A stretch of DNA of 64,000 nucleotides. Source: a virus (lineage: Duplodnaviria; Caudoviricetes). The stretch's first letter is position 1. Each line of letters starts with the position of its first letter. The notes under the pieces were generated by a model that worked only from the letters and a program-made list of their open reading frames with translations, was not told the DNA's origin and did no database searches. The position numbers and the translations under genes are program-made. The stretch lies in the IMG/VR virus record IMGVR_UViG_3300030055_000003; one strand, given 5' to 3'. This document shows, in pieces, positions 1 to 9,309 of the stretch.

Positions 1-555
1 GTTGTATTTAAACCAATTAGAAGTGGTAGAATAATTACTTTATTGCAATTTAATATTACTAAAAAAACAAATATTGAATTTTTAGCAGACGATGATTTTA
101 AAAATAAAATTCCATCAGCATTTAAAGAAGTTTCAGATGCTTTATTAAAATATAATGTAAAATTATCTTCCAAAGATACTCAAAATTTATTTGATACAGC
201 TATGGAAATAACTAAAGAAAAATATAGAGATACTGATCCGGTAGCTTATTTGATTGAAAAAATAAAAGTATTAGATAATTATATAAAGAATAATGATGTA
301 ATATCTCCAATTGGATTCTTATTGGATGCAATGACAAGAGAATTTTCAAACAGTAATTCTATATCAAAACAACTAAATAAAAAAGGATTCAATAATTTTG
401 AAGGTAGACCTGAAGCAAAAGATGAAAAACATATGCGATCTGTAGAACATAGGTTGCTAGGTTGGGATGATAATGAATCAGAAGAAGAAATAGTAGTTGA
501 TGTTGAAGATAATAATAGTGTTGCATCAAATTTACTTAAAGAAATGCAAAAATAA
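1..555 (+). CDS. Rep_3-family (plasmid-type) replication initiator, 5'-truncated by the window edge
   Basis: Frame is open from base 1 (VVFKPIRSGRIITLLQFNI), matching the K/RxGRxI..F.I strand of the second winged helix of Rep_3/RepB initiators; C-terminal FNNFEGR...LLGW tail is typical of clostridial initiators. Confidence 0.6.
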   Translation, partial: VVFKPIRSGRIITLLQFNITKKTNIEFLADDDFKNKIPSAFKEVSDALLKYNVKLSSKDTQNLFDTAMEITKEKYRDTDPVAYLIEKIKVLDNYIKNNDVISPIGFLLDAMTREFSNSNSISKQLNKKGFNNFEGRPEAKDEKHMRSVEHRLLGWDDNESEEEIVVDVEDNNSVASNLLKEMQK

Positions 556-558
556 GCC

Positions 559-596
559 ACTATTTGACCTTATATAACATTAAAGGTCAAAGTAGT
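559..596. repeat. Inverted repeat (terminator-like or origin element) directly after the initiator gene
   Basis: actatttgacctt (559-571) / aaggtcaaagtagt (583-596). Confidence 0.6.
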
Positions 597-805
597 CACC
601 TAAAAATAGAACGTCTGTGTGGAGCTTATAATGGCATTGTACCCTATATATAATTATATGTGAGAAGTTATAGTAATATGACTTCTTTTTTCATGTCTAA
701 TATTATAAATTTAAAATACAGTAAGTTTATAGTAATTAATAATAAAAATGTTTTTGACAGAAGTGGTGTTACACAAAAATATATTCGTAAACATTATATA
801 TTAAT

Positions 806-852
806 AAATTAATAGAAACACTATTGCAACAATTAGAATATTATGGTAGGAT
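806..852 (+). promoter_or_regulatory. sigmaA-type promoter with upstream AAATTAATAGAA box
   Basis: Box 806-817, TTGCAA 824-829, 17 bp, TAGGAT 847-852. Confidence 0.65.
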
Positions 853-1808
853 ATAAATTAAGGAAGGAGGGGAGAGTTTTGGATGAAAGTTTTTATAGTA
901 AAATAACAAATGAGTTATTCTATCTAAAAGAAGGTAAGTCAACAACAGAAAAAGGTAGTATATTAAACTTATTAAAAGATGATAAAGTAATAATTATATT
1001 ACATGAGTTATATTCAAATACATCATTCAAAAGAACTTATCAAGTAAATTTAGATTATTTAATAGAACAATGTCGTTACCAAGTAAATCAAAAATCTAGA
1101 AAGAGCTTTGAAATAACATTAAATCAATTAAGAAAAATAAAAATAATTAATTTTGATGGAAATTTTAAAGATAAAGTAGTAGTTATAGATACTGAACAAT
1201 TAATATTGATGTCTTCAAATGAATATTTTCAAATACATAACTTAGAATTAAAAATATTAAATACAATTAATGATATAAGATTAAGAAATACATTGATTAA
1301 ATTATATTTTTATTTAAAAGCTAGAACAAAGAAAAGAAGTAGAAATAGTAAAACAGGAAAAATATTTAATATTCAAGCTGACCCAACACCACAAGTAACA
1401 TGGCAAAGCTATGAATATATTGAAAGATACACAAATATAGGGCAGTCACATATAAAAGAATACATAAATAAATTAAAGGAATTAGGATTAATAGATTATA
1501 CTAATTGTGGGAAGAAATATCACTCTAATGATAAAAATAAGAAATTAAGCGAATGTCCTAATATATATACTATGAGTAATTTAAATCTAGAAGGAAATAA
1601 ACAAGAATTAGAATTAGGATTAAAACAATGCAAAGATAGTTTAGAAAAAGATGGATGGATAGTTATAAAAGCAAGTTATAAAAATAACGATAGACAATTG
1701 AATGGTAAAAAAGGAGGATTGACCAAAAAATTAAACAATGGAACTATAACAGAAGAACAATTAAAAGAACTTGAAACCTTAACAAAAGAAAAAGAACAAG
1801 AAGAATAA
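843..1808 (+). CDS. Winged-HTH-like DNA-binding phage protein (true start probably TTG near 880)
   Basis: 321-aa ORF; LYFYLK...QSYEYIERYTNIGQSHIKEYINKLKELGLI resembles a wHTH; GGAGGG RBS precedes TTG GAT GAA. Confidence 0.4.
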   Translation: MVGYKLRKEGRVLDESFYSKITNELFYLKEGKSTTEKGSILNLLKDDKVIIILHELYSNTSFKRTYQVNLDYLIEQCRYQVNQKSRKSFEITLNQLRKIKIINFDGNFKDKVVVIDTEQLILMSSNEYFQIHNLELKILNTINDIRLRNTLIKLYFYLKARTKKRSRNSKTGKIFNIQADPTPQVTWQSYEYIERYTNIGQSHIKEYINKLKELGLIDYTNCGKKYHSNDKNKKLSECPNIYTMSNLNLEGNKQELELGLKQCKDSLEKDGWIVIKASYKNNDRQLNGKKGGLTKKLNNGTITEEQLKELETLTKEKEQEE

Positions 1809-2024
1809 ATTCTGTGAAGTTTTAAAACGAACAGAGAGTCTTATTCTTCTTTTATTTAAAACTTATTATATATTATTGCACCTACACAAGGTATAGGATA
1901 TTGATACTCTACGTGTAGCCAAATACTACATTTAAGGTATAGAATTTTGAACCCTAAATATTTTACTACAAAATATTTAAAAGTTTGAAAAGTAAATTTT
2001 GTATATTAGAAAATACATTTAAAC

Positions 2025-2071
2025 AAATTAATAGAATAATAGTTGACAACATATTAATATTATGGTAAGAT
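2025..2071 (+). promoter_or_regulatory. sigmaA-type promoter with upstream AAATTAATAGAA box
   Basis: Box 2025-2036, TTGACA 2043-2048, 17 bp, TAAGAT 2066-2071. Confidence 0.75.
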
Positions 2072-2161
2072 AAGTCTTGTAAGGAGGAAATAGAAAATTT
2101 AGTAATTTAACACATTTAAATAAATTAATAGAACTAAACGATATAAGGAGGATATAAAAAA

Positions 2162-2338
2162 GTGGTATTAGAATTTAAAACAAAGAAAGAAGGGATTTTA
2201 CAAAAGAAAATAAAGCGATTTGAAGAACTAAAGGTAAAGAATTTTAGTGATACAATGGATAAGAAAGAAGAAATTGAATTTGATAAATTAGAAGAATGGC
2301 TAAAAATACATAATAATACTTATAAAGTAGCGAATTAA
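2162..2338 (+). CDS. Small hypothetical protein (58 aa, GTG start; not in ORF track)
   Basis: AAGGAGG RBS upstream; open frame to TAA at 2336-2338. Confidence 0.6.
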   Translation: MVLEFKTKKEGILQKKIKRFEELKVKNFSDTMDKKEEIEFDKLEEWLKIHNNTYKVAN

Positions 2339-2362
2339 TAAAAATAAAAAAGGAGATTAAAA

Positions 2363-2989
2363 ATGAAAAATACTTATATTATAGATTTGGATTCAACAAT
2401 AATAGATACTTGTAAATCAATAATAAATTTACATAATAAACTGAATGATAAAAAGATTAAATATCAAGAAAACTATTCATGGAACTTCTACCCTATGATA
2501 AAAACTAAAGAAGAATTGAGTGAATTATTTAAGTTATTTGACCATGAAGAGTTTTATGATGATACATTAGTTGTATTTGATAAAGCTATTGAAGTAATAA
2601 ATGAATTATCTAAAGATAATATTGTAAAAATAGCAACAAAACATGACATGTTAAGAAGACCAATAACTCAAAAATGGATAGAAGAAACTTTTCCGAATGT
2701 AGAGTTAATATTTTTAGATAGTTTCGACAAATCAAGTGTAGGTAAATGCAATATATTCATAGATGATAAACTAGAAGCAATTGAAAGTATGGATAGTTTA
2801 GCTGATTATAGAATTTGTTATGGAGAATATGACTGGAATAAAGACTACAATGATTTAAGAGTAAATGATTGGAGTGAATTATATAAAATGGTTAAAAATA
2901 TAGAAAATACAAAAGACAGTAATAATAAATTAATAGAATTAAAAAATAATAATGAAGAAAAGGATGGTATAAAGAGATGGGAATTTTAG
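2363..2989 (+). CDS. 5'(3')-deoxyribonucleotidase, HAD superfamily (NT5C-like)
   Basis: N-terminal IIDLDST (DxD) motif, IFIDDK motif IV, PYN-like DYN and W near C-terminus. Confidence 0.8.
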   Translation: MKNTYIIDLDSTIIDTCKSIINLHNKLNDKKIKYQENYSWNFYPMIKTKEELSELFKLFDHEEFYDDTLVVFDKAIEVINELSKDNIVKIATKHDMLRRPITQKWIEETFPNVELIFLDSFDKSSVGKCNIFIDDKLEAIESMDSLADYRICYGEYDWNKDYNDLRVNDWSELYKMVKNIENTKDSNNKLIELKNNNEEKDGIKRWEF

Positions 2990-3177
2990 AAGGGTTTTTA
3001 AACAAAAGAGAAAGAGAAACGATAGAAAGAGATAAAATGAATAGAATGTATTATAGTGCAGACTATCGTGATGAATGGTGTAAAGGAAATGATTTTTTAA
3101 ATGAAATACAAACGGAAACACAATTATTTAATGATTCTTACCATCTAGAATGGGGCAGAGATAGTTATAATGACTAA
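2977..3177 (+). CDS. Hypothetical protein (66 aa)
   Basis: ORF overlapping previous stop, in operon orientation. Confidence 0.45.
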   Translation: MGILEGFLNKRERETIERDKMNRMYYSADYRDEWCKGNDFLNEIQTETQLFNDSYHLEWGRDSYND

Positions 3178-3423
3178 ATACATATTAAACAGTGGACAAG
3201 TAATACATATAGGTTAGAATTGATTTTAGAGTATATATTAGGCTTGTAGTGAGGTTTTAGAATAATAGTAATACAAGTTGTTGTCTTGAAATTGGACAAG
3301 ATAGTGAAGCTGATAAATGGATTTAAATGAAATGTTAATAAATTAATAGAAGAACGAAAGTTTAAAATGCGTGTTTTATTGGGTTTTAGAGTGAGATGAA
3401 GATTAAAATTAAGGAGTGAGAGA

Positions 3424-5001
3424 ATGGATAATATAAATATTTGGTTTGCTAGAAATAAAGATGGAAATATAGTAACCATAGACAAAATTAATGAAGATAA
3501 TAGATATGAGGAATATAGTTGCCCTATATGTGAAAGTAAACTTATTCCAAAGTTAGGTGATATAAACGCCCATCATCTAGCACACAAAGATGTCAGTAAA
3601 TGTAGTAGGGAAACTCAGATACATTTCTTTGTTAAAAATGAATTATTAAAACAAGGAGATAAATTTACTGTAAAATTAGATAATGAAAGTAGAGAATTTG
3701 TTTGTAAGGAAATACTAATAGAACAAGAATATAAAACTGAATTTGGAGTGTATAAGCCTGATATAACAATAATAACTGAGAATAATAAAACTATTTATTT
3801 TGAAGTTGCTCATACCAATAAAAAGAAAATAGAAGATTATTTAGATATTTGGGTAGAGTTAAATAATATAGTTGTAGAGATTGAAACAAAAGAAATGATT
3901 GAAGGTAAAATTATAAAAGAGTTCGAAGCAAAATTTTATGAAGGAAAATGTTTCAATATTAGACAAGAAGATAAAGACTACTATGAATTAGTAGGTAAAG
4001 TAAAGTTAAACAATACTAAATATCCTAAAGAACAAATTGAAAAATTAAACTGGCTTTGGAAGGATATTAATAGATATTTACTAGGAGAAGTTGAAATTTC
4101 AGAAATTAGTGATTTAATTCAAGTCATTGAAGATAAAGAACTTCAAGAAATAGTAGTTAATATACTAAGAAAAAATAAATGTACAAGAATTATGAATGAG
4201 TATATTAGGTTTAATGTTGACTATATAAAAAATGAATTAAATATAGAGATAAATGAAATAATAATAGAAATTCCAAGATTAATTTATGATAGAATTTATG
4301 GTAAATATAGTATATGTGGAAATAAAATAGAAGAATATGTTAATTTAACTGAAAAAAATTATGATATAAAAAGAATTAAAAGGAATATAAAAAATCAAAT
4401 CCTTTATATTAAATGCAATGCCTGTATAAATTATATAGAAACAGAGATTAGGAATTACTTTAAAAACACAAATAATTTTTATTCAATAAACTTATATAAT
4501 TCAAATAATATAATAAAAGGAAGTATAAATTATAATTGTAATCATGTACTCAATTTAGATAATTATTATTATAATGAAAACAATGATTATATAAAAAACA
4601 ATATAATGGATAAAATAGACAATTATAGAAAATCATTGGACGTATTAAAAACAGATAATGTATTAAAGCTTGATTATATGTGTGATAAAATCAGTATAAT
4701 ATTAAAGAAAGTATATGCTATAAAATATACTTATTATACTAAGGTATCTAGTTGGCATCCGAAAAAACATAATGAAGATCATTATTATAGATTGATAAAT
4801 AATAAGTGTATTAATGAGGAAAATTACAATGTAAAAATATCAATGTTAAATACTGATATAATTATAAACATAACTAATCAAATTATAGATATAAATAATG
4901 ATGAAAAAATATTAGTTAATAATAAGGATTATGAATATATTCAAAAAGAAATTATGAATTTTATTTCAGATAAGATAAGAAATGAAAGATATGGGAGGTG
5001 A
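3424..5001 (+). CDS. CoiA-like zinc-finger / PD-(D/E)xK nuclease-domain protein
   Basis: YSCPICESKLIPKLGDINAHHLAH (CoiA N-terminal Zn motif) and YKPDITI...IYFEVAHTNKK (PD...ExK-like); AAGGAG RBS. Confidence 0.6.
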   Translation: MDNINIWFARNKDGNIVTIDKINEDNRYEEYSCPICESKLIPKLGDINAHHLAHKDVSKCSRETQIHFFVKNELLKQGDKFTVKLDNESREFVCKEILIEQEYKTEFGVYKPDITIITENNKTIYFEVAHTNKKKIEDYLDIWVELNNIVVEIETKEMIEGKIIKEFEAKFYEGKCFNIRQEDKDYYELVGKVKLNNTKYPKEQIEKLNWLWKDINRYLLGEVEISEISDLIQVIEDKELQEIVVNILRKNKCTRIMNEYIRFNVDYIKNELNIEINEIIIEIPRLIYDRIYGKYSICGNKIEEYVNLTEKNYDIKRIKRNIKNQILYIKCNACINYIETEIRNYFKNTNNFYSINLYNSNNIIKGSINYNCNHVLNLDNYYYNENNDYIKNNIMDKIDNYRKSLDVLKTDNVLKLDYMCDKISIILKKVYAIKYTYYTKVSSWHPKKHNEDHYYRLINNKCINEENYNVKISMLNTDIIINITNQIIDINNDEKILVNNKDYEYIQKEIMNFISDKIRNERYGR

Positions 5002-5180
5002 TAATAATGAAGATATTTAAAGTATTTAAAAAATCTATAGCTTTAAAACTCATCTCCCAAGGATACATATTAGAAGATATACAACCACTAAGTTATAAAC
5101 CTTGGTTTAGTGTATTTCTATTTAAAGATAGCAACGAAATAAGAAATGATTTTGAAAGAATACAAAAAGAAGAAAAATAA
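4998..5180 (+). CDS. Small phage protein, DUF5659-like
   Basis: VFKKSIALKLISQGY...VFLFKDS pattern; GGAGGTG RBS. Confidence 0.45.
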   Translation: MIIMKIFKVFKKSIALKLISQGYILEDIQPLSYKPWFSVFLFKDSNEIRNDFERIQKEEK

Positions 5181-5219
5181 ATTAATGCAATCTAATACAA
5201 ATATCGAAAGGAGAATTTT

Positions 5220-8200
5220 ATGAAAATCATAAAAGAACTAAAAGTTGGAGAAGGTATAAATATAATTCAAAGAGAAGGTAAGGACTTTGTATTATCAAAG
5301 AAAAGTGGTTATAGAACAATGTTTACAGATAAAAAAGAAAAAGAGCATAGAAAAAACATATGGAATGCAACTATGGATTGGTGTTTTGATTCAGTAAAAA
5401 TGAATGAAATAAAAATTAACAAAGATATGTCCAAGCCTTTTTATATGATTGATGGTAAACAATATTCAGACGCTATAATAAGCGTAAAATTTAAATGTGC
5501 AATAAAAGAATCAGAAGAAATAAATGGATTTAATGAACAATTACTAGGATTAAGTAAAACGAATAAAGAAATAGAATTAAAGTTAGTAGAACTTAGAAAA
5601 CAAGGAGTATCATTAAGACAATGTAAACATAAAGGAGAATATAAAACTAATCTTACACAGGAGCAACAATTATATATTGAATTATATAAAAGACAACAAA
5701 ATATTATTGAAGAAAAGAGAGATAAGGTAAAAAAACTAAAAGAGCAGAAAAAAAATGATATACAAAATACAGAACAAATCAGAAAAGAATTATACAAAAA
5801 TGGATTTGATATTATAGATAGTCAAGGTAAAAAATCTCATATGGTTAGATATAAACGTTCTAGTGGTTCTAGTAGAGTTGGAAAATGTTTATTTATTAGA
5901 GAAGATTTATATAAACCTATGATGGATTGGACTATGATGGACTTATGTATAAAAGATGGAGATGAAATTGATTTAGCTAGTTATGAAGCATATATAAGTT
6001 TAACATTAAGTTCTATGATAGATACTATTAATATAAAACCAGAAAATATATTAATACTTAAAGATGAAGAATCAAAAATAAGAGAAGAATGTATGGTTAC
6101 TGAACAAGTAATAGATAAGGATGGAAAAGCAGTATTATGCACAACAAAAAAATATACTGATGTAATTAATAAAATTTGGGATGGAGAAAGCTTGGCAGAT
6201 AGTAGTTTGTTTGGTGATAAATATAAGAATAAGGGAATGTTATTGTTAAGAAATCAAATGATAAAAACTTGTGCCTTTAACACAGAAATCCAAAAAAATT
6301 ATAAAGATTACAATATAACAATGGAAGATATAAAAAATAGTGAATATTATCTTTATACAAAAGCTAAAAAAGTTGAAGATATATTATTAATAACAACTCC
6401 GTCTAGTCTAAAATATTATAAATTCGGTTTAATTGAAAATTATTTAAATAATATGGATGAAAAATGGGGGATAGTTAAGTATGATAAACCAACACATTAT
6501 TTTGATGGAGAACTAGTTCAAACACATTATCAGTTGTTAAACTCTCTTAATTGCAATAAAAAAGATATCTCGGAAATATTAAAAGAAACAAAAGAATATG
6601 TTAGTTTATTAAAAAATGATATGGCTGTATTAAGAAAACATTTAAAAATGCAAATAGAACAAAATGAAGAATGCAAATTGTCAGATGAAGAGATTATGAA
6701 TAGAGAAATAGAAGGATTTTATAATGAAGATCATTTAAATATAAATAAAGATAATCATACAAAAGATATGATGTATACTCTATTAACATTAAATGATAAA
6801 ATTAAATTTACTACTGAATTTATTAATTTTCAGAAAGATGTTATAAGGGCATATAAAGATAATGCTAGACTAGGACATATTTTAATTCATGGTAATTATA
6901 GTGTATTATGTGGAAATGGAATAGAAATGTTAAAAGGTTCTTGTGGAAAATGGAACATTAAAGATGGTTCAATTATCAAAAAAGGAACAATATACTGCAA
7001 TAACTTTGAAGAAGTGAAACTTATAGGATCAAGGAGTCCTCACCCTTCTCCTAGTTGTATATTCGTTTCTAAAAACACTATATATAATGAAATAGATAAA
7101 TATTTTAATAGTAGTAAACAAATAGTACATATAAATGCAATAGAAGAGAATAACTTAGAAAAATTATCATCAGCAGATTATGATAGTGACCAAATGCTTC
7201 TTAGTGATAATGAAAAACTTATTGAAATTGCAGAAAGACATTCCAAAGATTATCCTGTATCAGTAAATTGTGTGATTGGAAAGAAGACTCCTAGATATTA
7301 TACTAATGAAGATAAATGTGATTTAGATGTGAAAACTAGCAAGAATTTTATAGGACAAATAATAAATCAAGCACAAATATTAGAAAGTCATTTAAATGAC
7401 ATTAGATTTAAAATAAAAAAAACAAAGGATAAAAGTATAAAACAAAAATTACAAGAACAGATAGATGATGTATTCATTGATATATCAACGTTAAATATAA
7501 TGTCTTGTATAGAAATAGATAAAGCAAAAAAAGAATTTGATATAGATAATGAATCTGAATTAAATAAAATAAAAGAAAAATATAATAATATTAAATTACC
7601 TAATTTCTTTAAATATACAGCAAAAAAAACATATCAAGATAAAAAAAACAAGATAAAAGAAAAGATATTAAAAAACACTCCATATGAAAAAATAGATAAA
7701 ATTAGTGATACGGATGATATTATTATCAAGAAGAAAGAAAACAATAAAGTAATTAAAGAGATAATAGATAAAGCAATTTCTTCTATGGAGAAGGAAAAAT
7801 ATCATCATTACGAAACAACAATGGATTATTTGGAAACGGAAATAGATAAATTTACATATAGAAAAATTGATAGACGAGTTGACAATAAAGATAATATTAC
7901 TAATATACTAGATTTATTAACTAATAAATATAAAGAAATATTAAAGCATATAAGTGATGCAGACAGAAAGCAGATAGATAGAATCATGGGTTTAATAATA
8001 GATAGCGATAAAAAAACTAGAGCATTATGGTGTAATACCAATTTAACAGGTGAAGATAAATATTTTAAAACTATCCAGTATAGAGTCGAATTAATAAATA
8101 AACTATCTACTTTTAAAATAAAGTTTGTAACTTTGATATCAATTTTAAAACAAATTAAGGAAGGAAAATATAGTAACATAGGAAGAGTTGCATTAAGTGT

Positions 8201-8339
8201 GCTATATTCTAGTCATAGAGAAATGTTCCTTGAAATGTTTAGGATTCAACAAGAAGAAATAGAAATACTATGTGATGGAGAAGATATAGAGTTATATGGA
8301 ATGTGCTTTGGGAAAAAGAAAACAACTAGGGATATTTAA
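5220..8339 (+). CDS. yonO: YonO-like single-subunit phage DNA-dependent RNA polymerase (RdRP/two-barrel fold)
   Basis: 1039 aa; RYKRSSGSSRVGKCLF, KIWDG, GSRSPH and catalytic-loop-like SSADYDSDQ (DxDxD) motifs; position ahead of HU and head genes matches SPbeta yonO-yonN synteny. Confidence 0.85.
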   Translation: MKIIKELKVGEGINIIQREGKDFVLSKKSGYRTMFTDKKEKEHRKNIWNATMDWCFDSVKMNEIKINKDMSKPFYMIDGKQYSDAIISVKFKCAIKESEEINGFNEQLLGLSKTNKEIELKLVELRKQGVSLRQCKHKGEYKTNLTQEQQLYIELYKRQQNIIEEKRDKVKKLKEQKKNDIQNTEQIRKELYKNGFDIIDSQGKKSHMVRYKRSSGSSRVGKCLFIREDLYKPMMDWTMMDLCIKDGDEIDLASYEAYISLTLSSMIDTINIKPENILILKDEESKIREECMVTEQVIDKDGKAVLCTTKKYTDVINKIWDGESLADSSLFGDKYKNKGMLLLRNQMIKTCAFNTEIQKNYKDYNITMEDIKNSEYYLYTKAKKVEDILLITTPSSLKYYKFGLIENYLNNMDEKWGIVKYDKPTHYFDGELVQTHYQLLNSLNCNKKDISEILKETKEYVSLLKNDMAVLRKHLKMQIEQNEECKLSDEEIMNREIEGFYNEDHLNINKDNHTKDMMYTLLTLNDKIKFTTEFINFQKDVIRAYKDNARLGHILIHGNYSVLCGNGIEMLKGSCGKWNIKDGSIIKKGTIYCNNFEEVKLIGSRSPHPSPSCIFVSKNTIYNEIDKYFNSSKQIVHINAIEENNLEKLSSADYDSDQMLLSDNEKLIEIAERHSKDYPVSVNCVIGKKTPRYYTNEDKCDLDVKTSKNFIGQIINQAQILESHLNDIRFKIKKTKDKSIKQKLQEQIDDVFIDISTLNIMSCIEIDKAKKEFDIDNESELNKIKEKYNNIKLPNFFKYTAKKTYQDKKNKIKEKILKNTPYEKIDKISDTDDIIIKKKENNKVIKEIIDKAISSMEKEKYHHYETTMDYLETEIDKFTYRKIDRRVDNKDNITNILDLLTNKYKEILKHISDADRKQIDRIMGLIIDSDKKTRALWCNTNLTGEDKYFKTIQYRVELINKLSTFKIKFVTLISILKQIKEGKYSNIGRVALSVLYSSHREMFLEMFRIQQEEIEILCDGEDIELYGMCFGKKKTTRDI

Positions 8340-8850
8340 TCAAAAAATATCACAAATTTCCACACTTTAAATAAATTAATAGAAGAATAAATGATGTCAG
8401 ACGTTGGTATTACTAGGGTTAACAGATATACATATAATACGAAACTTCGGGATTATAGGGAGAAAGAAAAACATTTTAATAGTTGAAAAATCTAAGACCG
8501 TATAAGTGTATTCTCCCAACACTTATAAAAACAAAAAGATATTATAGCTTTAATTAGCTTTATTATACCAACGCCTTGAAACATAGGCGAAACACTATAT
8601 ATTTTTTAATTTTTCATAAACATTTCATTTTACCCCTTTATTTATTTAACTTTTCTCTCTCCTAAATGGACGTTTAGTTATAACACAGATAACTGGCGTT
8701 CATTAGAGAGAAAGAGTAAAAGAAATGTAATTGAAAATAAATTAATAGAAGTATAAAAACTAATAAACTTACAGTTTTAACAATTAGTAAATATCCCTAT
8801 TAAGGGTTATAAATAAAAAAAATTAGAGAGAAGAAAGAGGAGATTTTAAA

Positions 8851-9162
8851 ATGAAGAAAGAACAAGTAATTGAAGTAATTAAGGAAACATTAGGACTAGA
8901 AAGCAAAAAGGAAACAGAAGGTAAATTTACTGAATTTGATAAAATTATTAAAGCAGTAGTAGAAAAATTAGAAGTAGGAGATAAAGCTAAAATTGGTTCA
9001 TATTTAGAAGTAGAAAAGAAGCATATGGAAGCTAAGCATACAGATGCTAGAGTAGGAAGAAATCCTAGAACCAAGGAAGCTATCAATATTGATGCCAAGG
9101 ATTATCCGGCATTTGATAAAGTAACAATTAAAGCAACTAAGGCTTTGGGTAAAGCAGAATAA
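8851..9162 (+). CDS. hup: HU-family histone-like DNA-binding protein (YonN-like)
   Basis: ARVGRNPRTKEAINIDAK beta-arm signature; follows YonO as in SPbeta. Confidence 0.85.
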   Translation: MKKEQVIEVIKETLGLESKKETEGKFTEFDKIIKAVVEKLEVGDKAKIGSYLEVEKKHMEAKHTDARVGRNPRTKEAINIDAKDYPAFDKVTIKATKALGKAE

Positions 9163-9175
9163 TAAAGACATTTGA

Positions 9176-9213
9176 GAAGGACTAGATTAGAAATAATTCA
9201 GTCCTTCTATTTT
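9176..9213 (+). terminator. Rho-independent terminator after HU
   Basis: gaaggact ... agtccttc stem followed by T-rich tail. Confidence 0.6.
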
Positions 9214-9309
9214 GTATTAATCATAGAACTTATATTAATGTATAGGTTGTTAGTTAATATAAACAAAAATATATACCGTATATATCGGTGGAGGGTTTGA
9301 GGGAGAATT

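Noticed and set aside
1860-1980. AAGGTATAG direct repeats as replication iterons
   Set aside because: Only two short imperfect copies; insufficient support
5220-8339. RNA-virus or eukaryotic RNAi RdRP
   Set aside because: Synteny with HU and SPbeta-like head genes indicates a YonO-type DNA-dependent polymerase
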